Of a stretch of DNA of 64,000 nucleotides, positions 1 to 8,814 are shown piece after piece. The DNA lies in NCBI GenBank assembly GCA_046290225.1, contig JBKAGE010000034.1, positions 256,001-320,000 on the forward strand, given 5' to 3'. Under the pieces are notes generated by a model that had not been told where the DNA came from, searched no databases, and saw nothing but the letters and a program-made list of their open reading frames with translations. Each line of letters begins with the position of its first letter. Within the stretch, counting starts at the first letter, position 1. Source of the stretch: Bradymonadia bacterium. GTDB taxonomy: Bacteria; Myxococcota_A; Bradymonadia; UBA7976; UBA1532. The position numbers and the translations under genes were made by a program.

Positions 1-818
1 GCGGCACGGGGAAGGAGCTCTTCGCCCGGGCCATCCACGAGCTTTCCCCGCGGGTCGATCAGCCCTTCGTCGCGGTGAACTGCGCTGCGCTGCCCGAGAC
101 CATCATCGAGGCTGAGCTGTTCGGCTCGGAGAAAGGCGCCTTCACGGGGGCCGTGCAGACCCGCGAGGGTCGCTTCACCCGGGCCGACGGGGGCACGCTG
201 TTCCTCGACGAGATCGGCGAGCTGTCGGCGTCGGTGCAGGTGAAGCTGTTGCGGTTCTTGCAGTCTGGCGAATTCGAACGCGTGGGCGGCACCCGGACCG
301 AGCATGTGGATTGTCGCATCATCGCCGCCACCAACCAGGATCTCGGCAAGCTCGTCAAAGAAGGCTCGTTTCGAGAAGACCTCTACTATCGCCTCAATGT
401 CATCGCCATCACCCTGCCGCCGCTGCGGGCCCGGCGAGAGGACATCCCCCTGCTCGCTGATCACTTTCTCCGGCTGTATGCCGAGAAGAACCGCAAGCCG
501 ATTGAAGGCCTCACCGAGGCGGCCATGGCCCGCCTGATGGACTACTCGTGGCCAGGCAACGTGCGGGAGATCGAGAACACCCTCGAGCGCGCCGTGGTCC
601 TCGCCCGGGGGGTGCACCTCGACGTAGACGATTTGCCGGAGAGCATCTCCGGCGCCGCGCCGAGCGCCGAGGGCCTGTTCATCTCCATGGGCACCCCCCT
701 CGAGGAGATCGAGCGCCGCGTGATCCGCGAGACCCTGCGCTACACCGACGGCGACAAGAAGCGCGCCGCACAGCTGCTCGGCACCTCGACCCGCACCATC
801 TACCGCAAGCTGGAGTGA
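1..818 (+). CDS. Sigma-54-dependent transcriptional activator (NtrC/Fis family bEBP), 5' end outside window
   Basis: Frame from nt 3 reads [12 protein letters not shown] (Walker A), [13 protein letters not shown] (GAFTGA loop), LFLDEIGE (Walker B), [16 protein letters not shown] and a C-terminal Fis-type HTH ([18 protein letters not shown]). Confidence 0.95.
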   Translation, partial: GTGKELFARAIHELSPRVDQPFVAVNCAALPETIIEAELFGSEKGAFTGAVQTREGRFTRADGGTLFLDEIGELSASVQVKLLRFLQSGEFERVGGTRTEHVDCRIIAATNQDLGKLVKEGSFREDLYYRLNVIAITLPPLRARREDIPLLADHFLRLYAEKNRKPIEGLTEAAMARLMDYSWPGNVREIENTLERAVVLARGVHLDVDDLPESISGAAPSAEGLFISMGTPLEEIERRVIRETLRYTDGDKKRAAQLLGTSTRTIYRKLE

Positions 819-872
819 CGTGCTCCAGCTGCTCTGAGAGGGCTCCGAGAGCGCCCCAGAGCATGCTCCAAA

Positions 873-940
873 AGACACGATGACAAAATGTCAGCGGGCC
901 AAAACCGACCCCCTGCCAATCTGACAAATTGACAAACTGA
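873..940. promoter_or_regulatory. Putative enhancer (bEBP-binding) sites
   Basis: Perfect palindrome TGACA-AAA-TGTCA at 881-893. An 8-bp-periodic array TGCCAATC/TGACAAAT/TGACAAAC runs at 914-937. Both lie ~75-130 bp upstream of the sigma-54-like promoter. Confidence 0.6.
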
Positions 941-1010
941 TCCAGATCAGGAATCCAGGCAGACCCCGGAAGATTGTAGGGGGTGGCCAACGGGCGTTGT
1001 ATCGCTCGGC

Positions 1011-1026
1011 TGGCGCGCTTCGTGCA
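1011..1026 (+). promoter_or_regulatory. Putative sigma-54 (-24/-12) promoter of the gsp operon
   Basis: TGGCGCG-CTTC-GTGCA has the exact GG-N10-GC spacing and resembles TGGCACG-N4-TTGCW. It lies 90 nt upstream of gspC. Confidence 0.7.
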
Positions 1027-1116
1027 TATGAAGGGCGGGGCAGACGCGGTCTGCTTCGCCTTGGGTCAATGCCGAGGTCACGACCGACGGCAAACTGAGA
1101 GGGTCACCGGAGCACG

Positions 1117-2130
1117 ATGGACAGTTTCATCAAACGCTACTTCTGGATCGTCAACGTGGCGGTCCTCGGGGTCATCGCCTATCTCGGCGCCCGGGTGGCC
1201 AACAATCTGATCGCCGGCGAGATCGTCGGGCTCGCAACGAGCCCTGCGGTGGAGGGCCCCGAAAAAGAGGGCAAGAACGCCAAGAGCAACAAGAAGTCCG
1301 AGCGCAGAGGCCTCGGCTGGGCCGAGCGCATCATGGGGCGCAACCTCTTCAACGCCAACCCGCCTGAAGATCCCGAAGACGGCCCCAAAGATCCCAACGA
1401 CAAGCCAGAAGAGGGCGACAAGCCCGTGGTGGCGAGCGGCGAGATGCCCACCAGCCTCGACGCCTGCGAGAAGAGCGAAGAGCGCATCGTGCTCCTGGCC
1501 ACCATGGTGGCCGAGCCCCAAGAGCTCTCCATGGCCGTCGTGCAGGACAACTCCAACGACCGAATCCTCAAGCCGGGCATGTCCGCCGGTGAAGACGCCG
1601 CGGTGAAGGTGGCCCGCATCAACCGGTCGTGGCTGGTGCTGCAGAACAGCAAGGGCACCTACGAGTGCGTCGCCGTGGGCGGCAAGAAGCAGGCGAAGAA
1701 GAAGAAGGGCCGCGGCGTCGACCGCACGAAGCCCAAGAAGGGCAACCGCGGGGGCAGCCTCACCAAGGCCGACCGCGACGCCATCAAGAACGGCGTGCAG
1801 AAGACAGGCAAGAACGAGTACCAGATCGACCGCGAGATGCTGAACGAGCAGCTCGCCGATCTGAACAAGCTCGCCCGCCAGGCCCGGGTCATCCCCCACT
1901 ACCGCGACGGTCAAGCCCAGGGCTACAAGCTCGTGGGCGTGCGCCCCGGCAGCCTCTACAGCCACCTGGGAGTGCGCAGCGGCGACATCCTCAAAGGCGT
2001 CAACGGCGAAGAGGTCAACAGCCCGAACAAGGCCCTCGAACTCTTCGAGAAGCTCAAGAGCAGCGACAACGTGAGCCTTGAGGTGGAGCGTCGCGGCAAG
2101 CCTGTGGCCCTGGAGTACAACATCAAATGA
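1117..2130 (+). CDS. gspC: Type II secretion protein GspC
   Basis: N-terminal TM helix, HR-like region (LLATMVAEPQELSMAVV) and C-terminal PDZ domain (GYKLVGVRPGSLYSHLGVRSGD...VNG). First gene of the gsp cluster. Confidence 0.9.
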   Translation: MDSFIKRYFWIVNVAVLGVIAYLGARVANNLIAGEIVGLATSPAVEGPEKEGKNAKSNKKSERRGLGWAERIMGRNLFNANPPEDPEDGPKDPNDKPEEGDKPVVASGEMPTSLDACEKSEERIVLLATMVAEPQELSMAVVQDNSNDRILKPGMSAGEDAAVKVARINRSWLVLQNSKGTYECVAVGGKKQAKKKKGRGVDRTKPKKGNRGGSLTKADRDAIKNGVQKTGKNEYQIDREMLNEQLADLNKLARQARVIPHYRDGQAQGYKLVGVRPGSLYSHLGVRSGDILKGVNGEEVNSPNKALELFEKLKSSDNVSLEVERRGKPVALEYNIK

Positions 2131-2879
2131 GACTCCACTGGCTATCATCCATGGCCATCGGCGTGGCCCTCCTGGCGCCCACCGCGGGTGCGGCGAAGTC
2201 GAGCCTTGCCGAGGATTTCATCCAGAAGTGCAAGGCGCTCCCTCCAAACGGCCAGGTCACCCTCGACATCGTCGACGAGCGCCTGCTCACGGTGGGCAAA
2301 GTCGTCGCATGCCTCACGGGCAAGACGGTGACCTTCGGCGACCCGCTCAAGAGCCTCAAGAAAGAGCGCCTGACCATGCTGGGCACAGCGCGATACACCG
2401 CGCCTGAGGTGCTCGAGGCCTTCGTCAACCTAGTCGAACTCAAAGGCTTCACTGTCAAACAACAAGGCAACTTCGTGCACATCGCTCGAGGGCCGCGGGG
2501 CGTACCCTGCGAAGCTCAGACCAAGATGCCCATCGAGCAGGGCGTGCGCGAGGTGGGCGCCAATCACTATCAGCTTGAGCGCAAGATGCTCGATGAGCAG
2601 TTCGCCGACCTGACTCAGCTCGCGCGTCAGGCACGGGTGATCCCCCACTACCGTGACGGCCGGCCTCAGGGCTACAAACTCATAGGCATACGGGCCAAGA
2701 GCCTCTACAGCCATATCGGCCTCCGCAGCGGGGATCTGATCAAGCGCATCAACGGCACTGCGATCAACTCTCCCAACGACGCCTTGTCGCTCTTCGAGAA
2801 GCTCAAGAGCAGCGACACGGTGAGCCTCGAGGTGGAGCGTGCGGGCCAGCCTGTGATGCTCGAGTACACCATCAAATGA
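1792..2879 (+). repeat. Diverged direct duplication of the gspC PDZ-coding segment (1792-2130 vs 2541-2879)
   Basis: Shared runs such as ctcttcgagaagctcaagagcagcgac, and near-identical 3' ends gagtaca(a/c)catcaaatga. Confidence 0.85.
2127..2879 (+). CDS. Secreted chimera: secretin N0-like domain plus GspC-type PDZ domain
   Basis: Signal peptide (…LLAPTAGA). The N-half aligns by eye with the N0 region of the adjacent GspD. The C-terminal 112 aa are 78/112 identical, without gaps, to the GspC C-terminus. ATGA overlap with gspC. Confidence 0.85.
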   Translation: MRLHWLSSMAIGVALLAPTAGAAKSSLAEDFIQKCKALPPNGQVTLDIVDERLLTVGKVVACLTGKTVTFGDPLKSLKKERLTMLGTARYTAPEVLEAFVNLVELKGFTVKQQGNFVHIARGPRGVPCEAQTKMPIEQGVREVGANHYQLERKMLDEQFADLTQLARQARVIPHYRDGRPQGYKLIGIRAKSLYSHIGLRSGDLIKRINGTAINSPNDALSLFEKLKSSDTVSLEVERAGQPVMLEYTIK

Positions 2880-2926
2880 TTTTCAGTATTTCACGACCCC
2901 GGATTTCCAGTCCCTTGTCCCCCAGG

Positions 2927-5800
2927 ATGACGATGACCACCTCGAGGACCACCCCCAGACTCATCGCGCTGCTCGGTTTGCTGATCGGGCTCTTGATCCC
3001 TGCCATGGCAGGGGCTCAGGACGAGCCGCCGAAGCTCAACACGCCTCGGATCCCCAAGCAGCTCGACGTGCCCCAGATCAACCCGGGCAAGCTCCCCACG
3101 GGGCGTGTCAATCCCAAGCTCAAGCGCAAGCTGGGCCGAGATGTGGTGGCCCAAAAGAAGGACGACGCTGCGGAGGCCAAGGCCAAGCCGCCCCCGCGGC
3201 GCCCGCGGCCCCGCACCCGGACGCCCCTGCCGCCCCGTGACACCGCGGGGAAGGCCGGCGCCAGGAGCCGTCGCGACACCAAGGACAAAGACGACGACAA
3301 GGGCGCCGACAAGGACGAGAAGTCCAGCGATCTGCCCAAGTGGCGTCAGCAGGAAGAGAACGAAGAGGACAAGCCCGAGGAGCCCTCCCTCGGCGCCGAC
3401 TTCGTCAAGGCCTGTGTGAAGCTGCCCCGGGGGGCCAAGGTCAGCCTCGACATCTACGAGGAAGAGCTCGAGGCGGTGGTGAAGATCATCGCCTGTATGA
3501 CCGGCAAGAACATCATCATGGCCAAGAGCCTCAAGGGGAAGAAGATCACCATCTACTCCCCCACCCTCGTCACCAGCGGTGAGGCCTACCGGGCCTTCCT
3601 CACCGCCCTCGAGGTGAACGGCTACACCATCTCCAAGCAGGGCAAGTTCCTGCGCATCATCGAGAGCAAGGACTACCTGAGCAGCTCCGATCCGATCCGC
3701 AAGGGCGGCCGGCCCCCGAACGAGGATCGCATGGTCACCCAGCTCGTGGCCCTGGAGCACGTGGACGCTCAGGAGGTCAGCCAGCTGCTGCAGCAGCTCG
3801 CCACCGGCAGCGCCAAGTTCATCGTGTACCAACCCACCAACACGCTCATCGTGAGCGAGGTGGCCAGCAACCTGCGCAAGCTCCTCAGCCTCGTGGACGA
3901 GATCGATGTGCCCAGCGGCTCCGAGCGGCTGTACGTCTATCAGATCGTCAATGCCGACGCTGAAGAGATCAAAAACAAGATCATGGAGATCTACGAGCAG
4001 GACGAAAAGAAGGCCAGCGGCGGTGGAACCACCACCAACAAGAACCGCCGCAAGCGCAAGCGGGGCAAGGACAAGACCCCCGCCAAGCCCACAGGCACCA
4101 GCGTCGGCGAGTCCGGCGCCGACGTGAACGTGAGCAAGATCGTCGCCGACGAGCGCACCAACCGCCTGTTCATCATCACCAACGAGAAGTCCTACCGAAA
4201 GGTCAAGGACCTCATCCGCCGGCTCGACGTGGCCATCCCCGGCGACGGGCAGATCCACATCTTGCAGCTCAAGCACGCCAAGGCCGAGGAGCTGAGCAGC
4301 GTGCTGAGCAACCTGAGCCAGAACGCCAACCGGAACTCCGGCGGCAACCGACGCTCTGGTCGGAACAACAACAGCGGCCGCAACAACCGCAGCGGCAACC
4401 GCAGCGGCAACCGCAACTCCGGTGGCGGTGGGGCTGGTGGCGCAGCCCTCTTCGAGGGCGAGGTGCAGGTCACCGCAGACGCCGACACCAACTCCCTGGT
4501 CATCACCGCCAGCCTGAAGGACTACCTGTCCATCAAGAGCGTGGTGGAGACCCTGGACAAGCCGCGCCGCCAGGTCTTCGTCGAGGCCGTGGTCATGGAG
4601 GTCAGCCTCGACAACGAGCGCCAGTTCGGCATGAGCTTCCACGCCCCCATCCCCGGCACCGAGGTGAGCGACGACAGCTCCCCGCTGCTGCTGGGCAGCT
4701 TCCCCAGCCAGGAGTTCAACTCGCTGTCCTTGAGCCCCAGCCTGCTCAGCGGCTTCGCCGCCACGGCCCTCGGGGAGAACATCGGCGGCAGCAGCGCCTT
4801 CGCCGAGCTGCCCAGCTTCGGTGTGGTGATGCGGGCCCTCGCCAGCAGCGGTGACGTGAACATCCTGTCGACGCCCCACATCTTGACCACCGACAACCAG
4901 GAAGCAGAGATCGTCGTCGGTCAGAACGTGCCCTTCACCACGGGCTTCGGCGGCGGCCTCGGCGCTCTCGGTGGCCTCGGCGGCCTCGGCGGCCAGAACG
5001 CAGCAGGCGGCCTCGGTGGCCTCGGCGGCTTCGGCGGCTTCGGGTTCCCGCAGATTCAGCGTCAGGACGTAGCCCTCACCCTGAAGATCACCCCCCGCAT
5101 CAACGCCGACAACTTCGTCACCATGGAGATCGACCAGGTCATCGAAGAGCTGGGCCCCGAGCCCACGCCGGGCCTCGGCCCCGCAACCACCAAGCGGAGC
5201 GTAAAGACCACCGCCGTGGTGAAGGACCAGCAGACCGTGGTCATCGGCGGTCTGCAGCGGACCACTCAGACCAACAGCGACAGCAAGGTGCCGTTGCTCG
5301 GTGAGATCCCTGTGCTGGGCATTCTGTTCCGCGACTCGGTGCGCCGCAGCCAGAAGCAGAACCTGCTGCTGCTGCTCACCCCCTACGTGGTGGAGAGCTC
5401 GGAAGACTTCAAGACGATCTTCAAGCGCAAGATGGAAGAGCACCAGGAGTTCGTGGCCCGGTTCCAGCAAGAGGGCGACGTGCTCGCCATCGGCGTGGAC
5501 TACCGCAAGAAGCACGGCGTGCTCGAGGCGGTGAACAAGTCCATCACCCTGGCCCGCGAAGAGGAGCGCCTGCTCGAAGACCTGCGCAAGCAGGACATCC
5601 CGCCGATCCTGCCCCAGGACGTGGACGGCATCGTGCTCGAGGCCGACGAGCAGCGCCTCAACCCCGACGTGAAGAAGCGCATGGAAGAGCTACTCAAGGC
5701 CCAGGAAGAGCGCCGCCGGGCCATCGAGCGGGGCATCGACGACACCACGCCTCCCCCCGAGGAGGATGTGGCGCCGCCCCCCATGGACACCACCCCCTGA
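2927..5800 (+). CDS. gspD: Type II secretion secretin GspD (start could be 2876, 2927 or 2933)
   Basis: Signal peptide (AMAGA-QD), N0 and N1-N3 repeats (LEHVDA, ADERTNRL, LKHAKAEEL, ADADTNSLVI), secretin core (RRQVFVEAVVMEV, NILSTPHILTTDNQEAEI, KVPLLGEIPVLGILFR, LLLLLTPYVV). Confidence 0.95.
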   Translation: MTMTTSRTTPRLIALLGLLIGLLIPAMAGAQDEPPKLNTPRIPKQLDVPQINPGKLPTGRVNPKLKRKLGRDVVAQKKDDAAEAKAKPPPRRPRPRTRTPLPPRDTAGKAGARSRRDTKDKDDDKGADKDEKSSDLPKWRQQEENEEDKPEEPSLGADFVKACVKLPRGAKVSLDIYEEELEAVVKIIACMTGKNIIMAKSLKGKKITIYSPTLVTSGEAYRAFLTALEVNGYTISKQGKFLRIIESKDYLSSSDPIRKGGRPPNEDRMVTQLVALEHVDAQEVSQLLQQLATGSAKFIVYQPTNTLIVSEVASNLRKLLSLVDEIDVPSGSERLYVYQIVNADAEEIKNKIMEIYEQDEKKASGGGTTTNKNRRKRKRGKDKTPAKPTGTSVGESGADVNVSKIVADERTNRLFIITNEKSYRKVKDLIRRLDVAIPGDGQIHILQLKHAKAEELSSVLSNLSQNANRNSGGNRRSGRNNNSGRNNRSGNRSGNRNSGGGGAGGAALFEGEVQVTADADTNSLVITASLKDYLSIKSVVETLDKPRRQVFVEAVVMEVSLDNERQFGMSFHAPIPGTEVSDDSSPLLLGSFPSQEFNSLSLSPSLLSGFAATALGENIGGSSAFAELPSFGVVMRALASSGDVNILSTPHILTTDNQEAEIVVGQNVPFTTGFGGGLGALGGLGGLGGQNAAGGLGGLGGFGGFGFPQIQRQDVALTLKITPRINADNFVTMEIDQVIEELGPEPTPGLGPATTKRSVKTTAVVKDQQTVVIGGLQRTTQTNSDSKVPLLGEIPVLGILFRDSVRRSQKQNLLLLLTPYVVESSEDFKTIFKRKMEEHQEFVARFQQEGDVLAIGVDYRKKHGVLEAVNKSITLAREEERLLEDLRKQDIPPILPQDVDGIVLEADEQRLNPDVKKRMEELLKAQEERRRAIERGIDDTTPPPEEDVAPPPMDTTP

Positions 5801-5848
5801 TCAGCGTTCGCGCTCACCCTGGTCCACCACCCCTGAGGAGGCAGTGAC

Positions 5849-7576
5849 ATGAACTACATCACCGAACTCGGTCGCGCCCTCGTCGATCAAGGCGACATCA
5901 GCCCTGATCAACTGCAGCAGGCCATGGTGGAAGCCCAGGAGCGGGGGGTGCAGCTCACCGAGGCCCTCTCCGATCTCAAGCTGGTCGATGGCGATGTGCT
6001 TGCTCGCCGTCAGGCAGAGCAGCTCGGGCTGCGCTACCTCGAGGAGATCAACGTCGATGATGTGTCGATGGAGTACATCGACGACATGTCGGCCACCTTC
6101 GCCAAGAGCAACCTCGTGCTGCCCCTGTGGAAGGCTCGGGGTCGCAAAGTCTACGTGGGCATTTCCGATCCCCTGAACATGGCCACCCTCGATGCTGTGC
6201 GGCTCATGCTCGATCGGCCGGTGATCCCCGTAGTGGTCTCCGAAGCTGTGCTCCTGGGCACCATCAACAAGGTGTACGACCGCAAGGCCGCTGCCCAAAA
6301 CGCCCTCGACCACATCGACGACGAAGAGATCGGCAACGATCAGCTCGACGAAATCGACAAGCTCGACATCATCGATGGCGACGACGAGGCGCCGATCATC
6401 CGCCTCGTGAACGCCATCCTCGGCCAGGCGGCCCGTGAGCGCGCCAGCGACATCCACATCGAGCCCTTCGAGCGGCACATCGCCGTGCGCTTCCGCGTCG
6501 ACGGTGTGCTGCACGAGGTCATGCAGCCCCCGAAGCGGCTCGCCAGCGCCATCACCGCCCGCATCAAGGTCATGGCCGATCTCGACATCGCCGAGCGGCG
6601 CATCCCTCAGGACGGCCGCATCAAGATCAAGGTGGCCGGCAAAGAGATCGACATCCGGCTCAGCACCTTGCCCACCAGCTGGGGCGAGCGGCTCGTCATG
6701 CGCCTGCTCGACAAGACCGCCGTGCTCAAGGATCTCGCCCACATCGGCATGGGCCCTCGACAGCTGGCCATCATCGAAGAGCAGCTCGTCAAGTCGTACG
6801 GCATCATCCTGGTCACCGGCCCTACGGGATCCGGCAAGACCACCTCGCTGTACGCCAGCCTCGCCAAAATCAACAGCCCCACGCGGAACATCATCACGGT
6901 GGAAGACCCCGTGGAGTATCAGCTCGGGGGCATCGGGCAGATTCAGGTGAACACCAAGGTGGGCCTCACCTTCGCCAGCGGGCTGCGGGCGATCCTGCGA
7001 CAGGACCCCGACGTCGTGATGATCGGTGAGATCCGCGACGGTGAGACCGCAGAGATCGCCGTGCAGGCGTCGCTCACCGGCCACCTCGTGTTCAGCACCC
7101 TGCACACCAACGACGCCGCCGGCGCCGTGACCCGCCTCGTCGACATGGGCGTCGAGCCGTTCCTCATCGCCTCTTCGGTGGTGTGCATGATGGCCCAGCG
7201 CCTCGTGCGTCGGCTGTGCCCCCACTGCAAGGCCCCCGTGGTGCCCTCCGAGACCGAGCTGCGTCAGCTCGGCTACGATCGCGAGCGCTTCATGGCAGAG
7301 ACCAGCGGCCACGTGTACCAGCCCGTGGGCTGCGACCAGTGCCTCGACTCGGGCTACCAGGGCCGGACCGGCATCTACGAGGTGTTGCCTGTAGACGACG
7401 ACATCCGCCCCCTGATCATGGACAACGTCGACTCGGGCACCATCAAGAAGGTGGCCATTCGCAAAGGCATGCTCACCCTGCGCGACGACGGCGCCCGGAA
7501 GGTGATGGACGGTGACACCTCCATCGCCGAGGTGCTCCGCGTCACCCAGGACGACATGCTCAACCTCGACGACTAG
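5849..7576 (+). CDS. gspE: Type II secretion ATPase GspE
   Basis: ASDIHIEP, ERRIPQDGR, Walker A GPTGSGKT, LRQDPDVVMIGEIRD, TGHLVFSTLHTN, Zn motif CPHC...CDQC, GYQGR. Confidence 0.96.
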   Translation: MNYITELGRALVDQGDISPDQLQQAMVEAQERGVQLTEALSDLKLVDGDVLARRQAEQLGLRYLEEINVDDVSMEYIDDMSATFAKSNLVLPLWKARGRKVYVGISDPLNMATLDAVRLMLDRPVIPVVVSEAVLLGTINKVYDRKAAAQNALDHIDDEEIGNDQLDEIDKLDIIDGDDEAPIIRLVNAILGQAARERASDIHIEPFERHIAVRFRVDGVLHEVMQPPKRLASAITARIKVMADLDIAERRIPQDGRIKIKVAGKEIDIRLSTLPTSWGERLVMRLLDKTAVLKDLAHIGMGPRQLAIIEEQLVKSYGIILVTGPTGSGKTTSLYASLAKINSPTRNIITVEDPVEYQLGGIGQIQVNTKVGLTFASGLRAILRQDPDVVMIGEIRDGETAEIAVQASLTGHLVFSTLHTNDAAGAVTRLVDMGVEPFLIASSVVCMMAQRLVRRLCPHCKAPVVPSETELRQLGYDRERFMAETSGHVYQPVGCDQCLDSGYQGRTGIYEVLPVDDDIRPLIMDNVDSGTIKKVAIRKGMLTLRDDGARKVMDGDTSIAEVLRVTQDDMLNLDD

Positions 7577-7587
7577 GCCCAGGGCGT

Positions 7588-8814
7588 ATGGCGACTTACG
7601 ATTTCAAAGGTCTCGACAAGCGAGGCAAAGAGGTCAGCGGGGTCCGCGAGGCCGAGAACGAGAAGGCCCTGCGGCAGCTGCTCAAGAAGGAAGGCATCTT
7701 CCTCACCAAGGTGGGCAAGGGCGGCAAGAAGGGCGGCAGCTTCCTCTCGGCGGAGGTCGACTTCGCCCAGATGTTCGAGAAGATCAACGGCCAGGACATC
7801 GCCATCCTGACCCGGCAGCTCGCCACCCTGCTCAAGGCCAGCATCCCCGTCGTCGACGCCCTCGGGGCCTGCGTCGAGCAGGTGGAGAAGCCCAAGCTGC
7901 GCAAGGTGGTCAGCCAGCTGCGCCAGGAGGTGAACGAAGGCACCAGCCTCGCCACCGCCCTCGAACAGCACCCCGACATCTTCAGCCCCATCTTCCCCAA
8001 CATGGTGAAGTCGGGCGAAGCCAGCGGCACCCTCGACGACGTGCTCATGCGCCTCGCGGAGTTCACCGAAGCCCAGGTGAAGCTCAACCAGAAGGTCAAG
8101 AGCGCGATGACCTATCCGGTCATCATGGTGGGCATCGGCGCGTTGATCCTCGCGGGTATGTTCGCCTACGTGATCCCGCAGATCACGCAGATCTTCGAAG
8201 ACACGGGGCAGGAGCTGCCCTGGATCACGAACGCCCTCATCAGCGTCAGCAACGGCTTCCGGTCATACTGGTGGGTGGGCCTGCTGATGGCCTTTGGCGG
8301 CATGACCATGTTCCGCCGCTGGAAGGCCACCAAGAACGGCGCCCTCAAATGGGACGAGATCAAGCTCAAGCTCCCAGTCTTCGGGCAGCTCACCTTGATG
8401 GTGGCCATCGGACGCTTCACCAAGACTCTGGGCACCCTGCTGCGCTCCGGCGTGCCATTGCTCACCGCCCTGGACATCACCAAGAACGTGCTGGGCAACC
8501 GGGTGCTCATCGAGATCATCAGCGACGCCCAGGTGGCCGTGAAAGAAGGCTCCAGCCTCTCGATCACGCTCAAAAAGAGCGGGCGCTTCCCGCCCATCGT
8601 CACCAACATGATCGCCATCGGTGAGCGCTCCGGCGCTCTGGAAGACATGCTCAACGTCGTGGCTGAAGCCTACGAGAGCCAGGTCGAGGGGCGCATCGCC
8701 GCCCTCACCAGCCTGCTCGAGCCGGTCATGATCGTGGGCATGGGCGTCACCATCGGCATCATCGTCTTTGCGGTGCTCATGCCGATCCTGCAGCTCAACG
8801 AGTTCGTCAGTTGA
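7588..8814 (+). CDS. gspF: Type II secretion inner-membrane platform protein GspF
   Basis: Two T2SSF repeats (TRQLATLLKAS, GEASGTLD, GERSGALEDML, LLEP) and 3 TM segments. Confidence 0.95.
   Translation: MATYDFKGLDKRGKEVSGVREAENEKALRQLLKKEGIFLTKVGKGGKKGGSFLSAEVDFAQMFEKINGQDIAILTRQLATLLKASIPVVDALGACVEQVEKPKLRKVVSQLRQEVNEGTSLATALEQHPDIFSPIFPNMVKSGEASGTLDDVLMRLAEFTEAQVKLNQKVKSAMTYPVIMVGIGALILAGMFAYVIPQITQIFEDTGQELPWITNALISVSNGFRSYWWVGLLMAFGGMTMFRRWKATKNGALKWDEIKLKLPVFGQLTLMVAIGRFTKTLGTLLRSGVPLLTALDITKNVLGNRVLIEIISDAQVAVKEGSSLSITLKKSGRFPPIVTNMIAIGERSGALEDMLNVVAEAYESQVEGRIAALTSLLEPVMIVGMGVTIGIIVFAVLMPILQLNEFVS

Noticed and set aside
2891..7312. Long antisense ORFs (874 aa, 503 aa) opposite gspD/gspE, and similar ones opposite ccmF, pnp, infB and the kinase
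   Set aside because: Shadow ORFs expected from high-GC3 codon usage, with no recognisable motifs.
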